Positions 51,524 to 60,997 of a stretch of DNA of 64,000 nucleotides are shown one piece after another. Made by a program: the position numbers and the translations under genes. The notes under the pieces are model-generated. The model was not told the DNA's origin and did not search any database. It saw nothing but the letters and a program-made list of their open reading frames with translations. Positions within the stretch are counted from its first letter, which is position 1. Every line of letters begins with the position of its first letter. Source of the DNA: Squalus acanthias (Eukaryota). Where the stretch lies: NCBI GenBank assembly GCA_030390025.1, contig CM059432.1, forward strand, positions 83,330,001 to 83,394,000. The letters run 5' to 3'.

Positions 51524-52684
51524 ATGGGGGCTGCACTGATTGGGGGCGTCGTCCTGCTCCAGCTGAATCGGAGGACACAGAGACGCAGAGAGAGAGTGGC
51601 AATGATGGCCAGACGGAGGAGGGCCAACAGGCGTATGTACAGGAGAGCTTACCCTCCCAGGGTATATCGTGAACAGCTCTCCTACATTCATATGTCTGAG
51701 GAGCTGTGTTTGCGAAGGCTGCGATTCAGCAAGGAGGTGGTCACTGAGCTCTGCCACCTGCTGCAGCCACATCTGCAGCCTCAACTGAGGTCCAGGACGT
51801 CTCTGTCGGTGGCAGTGAAGGTCACAGTGGCTCTCAACTTCTACGCTACTGGCTCATTTCAAGCTGCTGCTGGGGACCTCGCCAATATCTCCCAGTTCGC
51901 GGTGCATTGCTGCATCCGGCAGGTCACAAATGCCCTCTTTAAAAGGAGACGAGAGTTCATCTCTTTCCCCATGACCCCAGACAAGCAGCGTGACCACGCT
52001 CTGGGCTTTGCGAGGATAGCGGGCTTCCCCATGGTGCAGGGCGCCATTGACTGCACGCATGTGGCTTTGCGTGCTCCACATGAGAATGCCGAGGAATTCC
52101 GGAACAGAAAGGGGTTCCATTCCTTGAATGTTCAGTTGGTCTGTGACCACAGACAGCTGATACTCGCTGTCAATGCCCACTATCCTGGCAGCTGCCACGA
52201 TGCTTTTATCCTGCGCCAGACTACTGTGGCAGAACTTTTCGAGGCACCGCATCAGCCAATTGGTTGGCTTCTCGGGGACAAGGGGTATGCATTGAGCACC
52301 TGGCTGATGACACCGCTCCGTACGCCCAACACCCCTGCTGAGCTGCGGTACAATGAGAGCCATCAAGCTACCAGGAACATAATTGAGCGCACAATCGGCG
52401 TGCTGAAGCAACGGTTCCGCTGTCTCGACCATTCTGGAGGAGCCCTGCAGTACTCGCCTGAGCGAGTATCCAACTTCGTAGTTGTGTGCTGCATGTTGCA
52501 TAACATGGCAATCGTCAGGACCCAGCCAATGCCACCAGGCCTTGGAGCACCACCAGAGGAGGAGGAGGAAGAGGAGGAAGAGGACGAGGAGGATGATCAT
52601 CAGCAGCACCAAGGCGGGAGGGCGGCCCACAATGGTCAAACTGCAAGGGCCATCCGTCAACGGCTAATAGCAAGCCGCTTCTAG
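51524..52684 (+). CDS. Harbinger DDE transposase, open 386-aa ORF
   Basis: MGAALIGG... with FPMVQGAIDCTH, NRKGFHSLNVQLVCD, YPGSCHDAFIL, LLGDKGY, RNIIERTIGVLKQRFRCL and CCMLHN. No stops. Upstream TATTTAAA (~51322), CCGGAAG and TGACGTCA (51185). Confidence 0.92.
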   Translation: MGAALIGGVVLLQLNRRTQRRRERVAMMARRRRANRRMYRRAYPPRVYREQLSYIHMSEELCLRRLRFSKEVVTELCHLLQPHLQPQLRSRTSLSVAVKVTVALNFYATGSFQAAAGDLANISQFAVHCCIRQVTNALFKRRREFISFPMTPDKQRDHALGFARIAGFPMVQGAIDCTHVALRAPHENAEEFRNRKGFHSLNVQLVCDHRQLILAVNAHYPGSCHDAFILRQTTVAELFEAPHQPIGWLLGDKGYALSTWLMTPLRTPNTPAELRYNESHQATRNIIERTIGVLKQRFRCLDHSGGALQYSPERVSNFVVVCCMLHNMAIVRTQPMPPGLGAPPEEEEEEEEEDEEDDHQQHQGGRAAHNGQTARAIRQRLIASRF

Positions 52685-52996
52685 GGCCCCTGCTGTGGAA
52701 ATGGCTTCTGCCATTGCTAACAACATCAATGAACCCAGCACGCAACCCCTAAGCCGGCCAAGGCACCAATAATTGCAAACGCCAACCATGTATATTTTGA
52801 ATACAGAAACGTATTTATTTTACAAACTCTGTGTGTGTCAATTCCTCATGACAAACTCATAGAAATAAACACAAAAAAACAGTCAATAACATAACTGGTT
52901 CTCACAACCTGGAGATAATGTCCAAAACACTAAACAAAAGTTGGACCATGAACCTCGACCTTTAATAAAAAAATGACCAGCACTTTGTCACACCTC

Positions 52997-54816
52997 CTAC
53001 TTTTTGCCCTTCGAGGGTGATCTCCTTCCCTTGCGCACTTCCCCCCTTCTAACCCTACTGCTCCTCCGTAATGGGACCTCAGTGGCTGCAGCAAGGCTGG
53101 TGGAAGGCTGCTGCTCGTCAGACCCTGACACTGCAGATGCCCCTGAAGGACGGCCTCGACCAGTTCTGGGCCTGGAGGGCCCGGCTGCAGACTGCACCAA
53201 CTCTGCATGGGCGGCAGCAGTCTGTCCTACAGGCGGTGGCAAGTGCAGTGGAGAAGTGACAGTGTTGGCAGCAGGAATGCTGTCATCATGAGAGAGGACA
53301 GCAACTCCCTGCTCGCCCGACACACTGGCACTCCCACGGGGCAGCACTTCAGCATCCGGAGCAATCTGCTGGAGAACAGATTGCTGGCCTGCTGCGGCGC
53401 GGTGAGAGCCCCGGGGACATGTGAACGAACCATCGAGGTTGGCAGCAGTCTGTGCTCGCGTGGCCTCAATCTGAGTCTGCATGAGAGCAGTCAGAGATGG
53501 GATCACGGCAGCCAGTGACTGAATTGCAGCACTAAGCGTTAGTGTGGCATCCGCCTGTGCTACAGCGAAGTGCTCCACACTCCTTGCCAGTGACTCAATG
53601 CATTCGGGCACCCTTCCCACTGCACCCATGAGCTCAGTGTGCATGCCCACCGCCTGCGTGTTCATTTCTGCGATCAGCCGCTTCTCCTCTGCGTCCATTG
53701 CAGTAGGAGTCTCTGGCATACTCTCCCTCTGAGGAGAAGGCCCCCGTTCTTCCCTACCCCCATGGCGTTGCTGCAGCCCGCTGGGTCCTGGAGCTTCACC
53801 CTCATCAGACCCTTCCCCCCTGCTCCCCTCCAGGGAAGGCGTGTTCCCAGTGTGGGCATGGGCTTCCTCGGGAGAGGGTGGCAGTGATGCTCCGGCTTCC
53901 TCTTCCTCCTCAGCTGCAGCTTCACTCCCAGTGGCAGCTTCAGGGCCCGTCTCCTCAGCTGGTGAATCACCATCTGAAAGCAGGGAGGTACAAGAGTGGC
54001 TTTAGCGTGAGGACAGGGTGGCAGTAAGGGAGGAATAAGTGCAGCGAGTTAGCAAGTTGGATTGAAAGTGTCAAAGGCTGGTGTTGTGAGGGAGAAGTGG
54101 AAGGACAGAGGACAAAAAGGTGATGACCTTACCATTGCTGTCCAGAACGGGGTCGGCGTCTCCAGTGGCGACGGGACCGATCACCCGGCTTGCCACAATC
54201 CTGTGGACGCGCTACTCAAGATCGCTGAGGGGTTGCAGCTGAGGCCGCCCTCCACCTGTCCGTTGCTGCTGTCTCCGATTATGCGCCAGCTTGGCCTGTA
54301 AGAAAAAGGACAGTATCTGAGTAAATATACAGCCATGGTCTTGCCTGATGTGCCTCCCATAGGTGAATAGCCCTTACTGTATGCAGCCATGGTCTTGCCT
54401 GATGTGCCTCCCATAGGTGAATAGCCCTTACTGTATGCAAAGTGTGGAAAGTGTGTGTGTGTTTCATGAAAGGGCCATAGGTGTTGGATGAGTGTTGTGC
54501 ATTGGGGTTTTAAGACCCTCTGGCCATAGAGTGAGGTTGAGATGGAGGGATGCAGAGGTATTGAGAAAAAGCCACTCACCCTGACGACCCGAGTGAGGTC
54601 GTTGAACTTTTTGCGGCATTGAGTATGGGTCCTGGGCACCATGCTCCTGGAGGAGACGCTCTGAGCCACCTCCCTCCACACTCTTCTGCACTCGCGTGGC
54701 AAAGGCCTCCTGCCACTCTCAGGGAAGAGTATACATCTTCTGCGCTCCACCGCGCCAACCAGAGCATCCAAGGCCCGCTCGGTGAAGCGATGAGCTCGTT
54801 CTCTCACCCTCTCCAT
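52997..54816 (-). pseudogene. Harbinger Myb/SANT-like partner gene, copy 2 (exons 54816-54580, 54295-54133, 53973-52997; 458 codons with one in-frame TAG)
   Basis: Exon 1 encodes a Myb/SANT-like domain (RFTERALDALV...WREVAQSVSS...QCRKKFNDL). Canonical GT-AG introns, phases 0 and 1. Single TAG at 54214-54212 (codon 107). Confidence 0.87.
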
Positions 54817-55418
54817 CCTTGGCAGCAAAATGGATTCACAGGTCTCTCCAGGCCGAGATTCAAGGCTGCAATGAGCAGGGTGTGGCTGGGGAGCAAGTTG
54901 GCCCCCCCCGCTTTAAGAAGTGGCCGGCGCCAGTGTGTCTGTGTTCCCTCGCTAACTGGCAGCACCTGCGCTGCGCTCGCGCGCTGAGTTAGCGCCTCAC
55001 TGCTCGGCCTTTGTGCCTTAAGACAGGTGTGCAGCGCCTGATTTAGCGCTCCACTCACCTCCCGGGGCGGTAAAAGTGAAGTTTCCAGTCAGTGGCGATA
55101 ATTAGCGCCAGGCGCTAATATTTGCATCCAGACAATATTTGCGCCCCAAATGGGGCGCGACCTAATTTTTCCCCCATACTGTCTCTGGGGGTTATCTTGT
55201 TAATGCAGGTTTCTTTTGTTCAGTTTCACGCCATTTCCTTGAGCCCCGCCCACCCAGAGGAGAACCATACACATTTAATTCATCTTTATTACATACATCT
55301 TATATTAATAGTCTCGAGTCCATCATACATCATAATTTTAACAAAACATACATTTTTATTCTTACATGATGTTGTAGTTTCTGTCTCAATTGCCACTTGT
55401 CATAAAGCATTCTGTTCT

Positions 55419-56445
55419 ACATAGATACATAGATACATAGATGATAGGAGCAGGAGTAGGCCATCCGGCCCTTCGAGCCTGCTCCGCCATTTAATGAGAT
55501 CATGGCTGATCCTCCAATTCAGTATCCCGTCCCCGCCTTCTCTCCGTAACCCTTAACCCCTTTTGCCTGTAGAAATATATCTAATTCCCTCTTAAATATA
55601 TTTAATGAGCTGGCGTACACTGCCCTCTGTGGCAATGAGTTCCACAGGTTCACCACCCTCTGAGTGAAGAAATTCCCCCTCATTTCTGTCCTAAATGGTT
55701 TAGCCCTTATCCTTAAATTATGTCCTCTAGTTCTGTTCTCACCCGCCAAGGGAAACATTCCTTCTGCATCTAGCCTGTCTAGACCTGTCAGAATTTTATA
55801 CACTTCTATGAGGTCCCCTCTCAATCTTCTAAACTCCAGTGTGTACATCCCTAAACTACATAGTCTCTCCTCATAGGTCAATCCCGCCATTCCTGGTATC
55901 AGCCTGGTGAATCGCCGCTGCACCCCCTCCATGGCAAGAACATCTTTCCTCAGATGAGGCGACCAAAACTGTACACAGTACTCGAGGTGTGGTCTCACCA
56001 GTGCCCTGTACAGCTGCAGCAAGGTATCCCTGTTCCTGTATTCCAACCCTTTTGCTATGAAGGCCAGCATACCGTTTGCCTTCTTGACCGCCTGTTGCAC
56101 CTGCATGCTCGCCTTCAGTGACTGGTGTACAAGAACACCCAGGTCTCTCTGTACTTCCCCCTCTCCCAATTTATTGCCATTTAAATAATAATTTGCCCTC
56201 CCGTTCCTGCACCCAAGGTGGATAACTTCGCACTTGTCCACATTATAGTGCATCTGCCATTTATCCGCCCAATCACCCAGTCTGTCCAAATCGCTCTGGA
56301 GCTTCCTGGTCTCCTCCTCTGAGCCCACCCCCCCTCCTAGTTTAGTGTCGTCTGCAAATTTGGAAATGCTGCATCCGACTCCCTGATCCAGGTCATTAAT
56401 GTAAATTGTGAACAGCTGGGGACCCAGGACAGATCCCTGTGGTAC
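55419..56445 (-). mobile_element. Young CR1 LINE 3' portion
   Basis: Open 269-aa ORF 55519-56328 preceded by FADDTKL. 8-bp tandem tail (ACATAGAT)n at 55419-55442. Confidence 0.92.
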
Positions 56446-56798
56446 CTGTGTGAAATCTGTGAAAACATTTCTTTCAATTTACCTCTTCATTCTACCAGTG
56501 ATAATCTTTTGTGCCTATGTCCGCTTGTTACAGATTTGTCAACCAATAGAAACAACCTTTCACTATTTAACCTCTCAAAACCTTTCTTAATTTTGAAAAC
56601 CATTATATTCCCTATTAACCTCTCTGATCCAGTGAAAAAAGACTCAGTTTTTGAGCATTTCATTATAACCATAACCTTTATCTCAGTATTGTTCTAGTTA
56701 ATCTTCACTGTACCCTTTTGATACCCTTCCTATAATGGAGTACCCAGAACTGCACGTAATATTCCAATAGTGGCTTAACCAATACCTTCTACAAAATC

Positions 56799-57154
56799 GG
56801 GTTCATGTCACGATACAGAACGTGACTTGACATCATGGCCGGTCTTCCCAGGTGTTTTTTTTTTTTTTTTTTTGTTTTTTTTTTAAAAAGGCTAACACAA
56901 AAACACAAATTGACAGGATATGCAGCCAGCAGGTGGTTTGACACGTTGGACCCCCTGGGACACATCTCATTGTCTTGGCTGTGCTCTTTGTTGTAGCGAA
57001 TAATGTGAATAGATTTTGTCTGGGTTTAAATTGTGAATTCTGGGAGATTCTCTCATTGCTAACTTACCTGACGAAGGAGCGACAGCTCCGAAAGCTTGTA
57101 AAATTAAATAAATCTGTTGGACTATAACCTGGTGTTGTGCGACTTCTCATTTTT
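56799..57154 (+). mobile_element. Penelope-like terminal-repeat insertion with hammerhead motif
   Basis: 12-bp direct repeat TTCTACAAAATC (56787-56798, 57155-57166). CTGACGA-A-GGAGC-GACA-GCTCC-GAAA-GCTTGTA at 57068-57100. The 3' part matches 2050-2140. Confidence 0.78.
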
Positions 57155-57369
57155 TTCTACAAAATCAGCATCTTGTTTTGTATTCACTGCCCATTGTGAT
57201 GGGGCAGGTATCTCTCACAACTCACTGCTACCAGTATGATTTAACTTTTGGGTATTTTAAATGAGGCTAAATTTCCTCTTGCAACAGCCTTGTCAGACTT
57301 CTCACAAGTGGTCCATATGTTCCCTAGGTACCTGCAGTTTTATATCCCTGCAGAGACCTTGTATCCTTG

Positions 57370-59188
57370 GGACTAGGTTCTTCTCCCGTGGTGGTTTAGC
57401 AGTGGGCGGGACTTCAGCTTGTCCATGTCATTGTGCCGCTAACCCACTGCCTTTTGCTCCAGAGTCCCGAATTACGTATGTGAGGGAGGGAGGGGAGTAG
57501 TTGCTGCAGCATTTAAAATGCTGCAGTTAATTAAAGGGCCACACAACTTTTCAGAGATCAGAAGCCATAATGACTAAGCGACTAGCAGCCTTAGGAAGGG
57601 AGGGTTCAGCAGCAGGAAGAGATCCCCAGATTCCCAGAAACATCTGTAACTGATTAACTAGGTGAAGTAAGGGTTAGAAGTAAGGCCTGTCAGGGACTTT
57701 TGGGAAGAGTGTTTTTGGGCTATATGGAGGGAGGTTGCAGAAGCAGTGAGTGCAACTTCCACCACCCCAGAAACATCTACACCGTACAGAAAGAGGTTCA
57801 ATAAACTCACAGGATGGCCAAAGTAAGTCAAGACACTCTTCCTAATGCACATACCGTACAAATGATAAAGGCTTCATGCACCCCCTCACCTCTCACATTC
57901 TTTCTGTATCATCACCTTGGTGTCAAAGAAACTGATTCATGCAAAGAGAAACCTTTGGAAACAGAGAAATACTATGCTAACTCACAACCATTCTGTGAAT
58001 TCACTTGCATACGATAAGGGGTTCTGCTAGTCTTGAAGGACGGTTGATTTAAAGGGACAATGCATCATCAGCTCTCATCACCAAGGAATACATGCGCACA
58101 TGGGTTAAAAGAAGTGTCCTTGCCAGTCACATTTTCATCAACATTGTGTTCTATCCTTGCAAAAGGGAAAAGTTGCACATAACCAGCGCCAGAGTTCAAC
58201 TGGGGGAGTAACACCACGACCAAAAATTCTGAATCCGCATGAAGAGGAAGCTCTGCAAGTAATACACAGACAGACATGAGAGACTGGGGGATTCAGTGAG
58301 GTTAGAAGTAAAGTGGCAAGCGAAGTCTGATAAAAGCTGAGCAAGGCTCAATACAAGTATTGTCAGCTTCATGTGCTTTCTTGAAGTATTGAAATGCCTT
58401 CACACTCAGCCATTATTTCTTCAAGGGGAAATATCACTGTGTGCACAGCTCAACAAGGTCTTCTGTTTTCACTTGCTGACTGGGATCCTCCAACTTATCT
58501 ACCATCTGCACCACATGCATGGAAACAGTATCTGCACATGAAATCAATGCTTCATGATAATTTTTCTCTTGGGCTGCTGAGATCTGGGTATCTAGGTTCC
58601 TTAGCCAAGGGCAGTCATTTTTCTACCATCTGGTGAGGCATGGCTGGTCTCTCCTCTTCCCCTGCCAGATCTTCCTGCTCACTTGTGCTTGGTGCATCAC
58701 TTGAGTGGTGGTATCTGAGCTGGTGCTCAAGTAATTAAAGTGCCCTCAAAGAGATGGTCAGTCTGGTGCATGAATAGTCACTGTGGAGGTGCTGTGTTGC
58801 TCTTCAGACAGTTATCTTCTGGCTAAGCATCACCTAGGAGGGTTACAAAAGATACCCATGCAGATCCTGAAATAATGCTGGAAGCATGAGTCACCTCCAT
58901 ACCTATCATGCCCTTATTGTGTAAATGAAGAGAGGGATGTGACAGTTAATATTCACCTGGGTGGGCGGAGGTCCTGTCCCAACATGTTTACAGGTGGCAG
59001 AGGAATATTCAGTCTACACTGTTTATTTTATGTTCCCATTGCTTATTCCCCTTCCCCAGTCTTATCTCTCTGCATTTATCCACATTAAAAAACTTGACAG
59101 CCCAACTGCTTAACCTTTCAAATCCTTCTGTATTTGATGCCTTAGTTTCCTGTTATCCGGGCAGGTGGGAAACGGGAAAATCCCAGCC
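57370..59188 (+). mobile_element. Old degenerate Harbinger derivative with Myb/SANT exon remnant
   Basis: ~57720-57825 reads IWREVAEAVSATSTTP...RKRFNKLTG followed by a GTAAGT donor. TIR-like GAAAATCCCAGCC at 59176-59188. Confidence 0.55.
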
Positions 59189-59428
59189 GTGGTGAGTCGT
59201 GTTCCCCAGGGAACTGGGTCAGGGACACTCTTACGGAAGTGATACAGCATAGATACACTAGAATGTTACCAGGGCTGACGGTTTACAGCTCCGGAGAGAA
59301 GTTGAAGCATTTTTTAATCTGATAAATTTAAGGGGAGACCTGATAGAGGCCTTCATGATTACAAAGGGTTATGATTGGATAAATGGATTGAATTTTTCCA
59401 CTGGCCAACAAGACAGTAACAAGAGGGC

Positions 59429-60117
59429 ATAGAAACATAGAAGCATAGAAGATAGGAGCAGGAGTAGGCCATTCGGCCCCTCGAGCCTGCTCCGTCATTT
59501 AATGAGATCATGGCTGATCATCCAAATTCAGTACCCTGTCCTTGCTTTCTCCCCATATCCCTTGATCCCCTTAGCCTTAAGAAATATATCTAACTCCTTC
59601 TTGAATATATTTAATGAATTGGCCTCAACTGCCTTCTGTGGTAGAGAATTCCACAGGTTCACCACTCTCTGGGTGAAGAAATTCTTCCTCATTTCTGTCC
59701 TAAATGGCTTACCCCTTATCCTTAGATTATGACCCCTGGATCTGGACTCTCCGACCATCGGGAACATTCTTCCTGCATCTAGTTTGTCCAGACCTGTCAG
59801 AATTTTATATGTTTCGATGCGATCCCCTCTCATTCTTCTAAACTCCAGCGAGTATAAGCCCAATCGACCCAATCTCTCCTCATATGTCATTCCTGCCATC
59901 CCAGGTATCAGCCTTGTGAATCTTCGCTGAACTCCCTCCATGGCAAGAACATCCTTCCTCAGATAAGGCGACCAAAACTGCACACAATACTCAAGGTGTG
60001 GTCTCACCAAGGCCTGTACAACTGCAGCAAGACATCCTTGCTCCTGTACTCGAATCCTCTCGCTATGAAGGCCAACATACCATTTGCCTTCTTAACCGCC
60101 TGCTGCACCTGCATGCT
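59429..60117 (-). mobile_element. CR1 LINE 3' portion nested in an older plus-strand CR1 fragment
   Basis: ORF 59528-60010 VRPHLEYCVQFWSPYLRKD...KGYGEKARTGY. (CATAGAA)n tail. Confidence 0.9.
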
Positions 60118-60319
60118 TAAGGGCACATATTTAAGGTAATCAAAAAATAATTAAAGGGGAGGTTAGAAAAAAGTCTTTTCACAGAGGATAATTAGAATAT
60201 GGAATTATCTATTACAGAACAGTATTGAAGCAAAGTTCATAAATTCTTTTGAAAGGGAATTAGTTGCTTAAAAAAGAGGAATAGATTCATTAGAAGAAAA
60301 ACAGCGGCACACCCGCACA

Positions 60320-60850
60320 GCAGGAGTTCCTCATGGAACTGTCCCTGGTCTAATCATCCTCAGCTACTCCATCATAAAGTTAGGAGTGGGGTTGTTTGAT
60401 GTCGATTCCACACTGTTGAGCCCCATTTATAATTCCTCTGATAAGGAAGCAGCTCATGTTAACCTACAGCAGGACCTGGGTAACATCCATACTTGGGCTG
60501 ACAAGTGGCAGGTAACATTTGCATCACAAGTGCAAGGTAATGACCATCTTGAACAATAGAAAGCCCAGCCACCTCTTTTTGACCTTCAGTGGCACCGTCA
60601 TCACCGATCAACCACCATCAACATCCTGGGCTTCACACTTGCCCAGAATCTGAACTGGACCTGCCATATTAACACGGTGGCTACAAGAGCAGGTCAGAGG
60701 CTGGGTACTCTGTGATGAGTGGCTCACCTCCTGACCCCTCAAAGCCTTTCCACCATCTACAAGGCTCCATTCAGGAGAGTGTTAGAATACTGACCATTCA
60801 CCTGGATAGGTGCTGCCGCAACAACACTTAAGAAGCTCGACACCATCCAT
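60320..60850 (+). mobile_element. Degenerate LINE family A fragment
   Basis: Aligns by eye to 61870-62415 (GACAAGTGGCAGGTAACATT, ACAAGAGCAGGTCAGAGGCT). Confidence 0.75.
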
Positions 60851-60997
60851 TCTATGCTTCCACTCCACCAAAATTCTTACATAGAAAATACATTAAATGA
60901 TATTCATTGACTAGTTTCTCTGACATGGTACTTCTTATTTGCTCTCAATCATAAAATTTAGGGCTGTTGTGCATAAAGTAAGTACTTAATACAACTT

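Larger units (their letters stand above)
51013..55175 (+). mobile_element. Full-length PIF/Harbinger DNA transposon, copy 2
   Basis: TIRs GGGGTAAAAATT / AATTTTTCCCCC, TSD ATA (51010-51012, 55176-55178). Collinear with copy 1. Confidence 0.95.
50486..55366 (-). mobile_element. Solo LTR (~715 bp) split by Harbinger copy 2
   Basis: TGTAAG...CTTACA termini with perfect 4-bp TSD TGAT (50482-50485, 55367-55370). Minus-strand TATA at ~50795 and AATAAA at ~50560. Confidence 0.85.

Noticed and set aside
51854..52660. 268-aa antisense ORF over the transposase (and 33536-34213 in copy 1)
   Set aside because: No recognisable domain and the boundaries differ between copies. Best explained as a shadow of the sense-strand codon usage.
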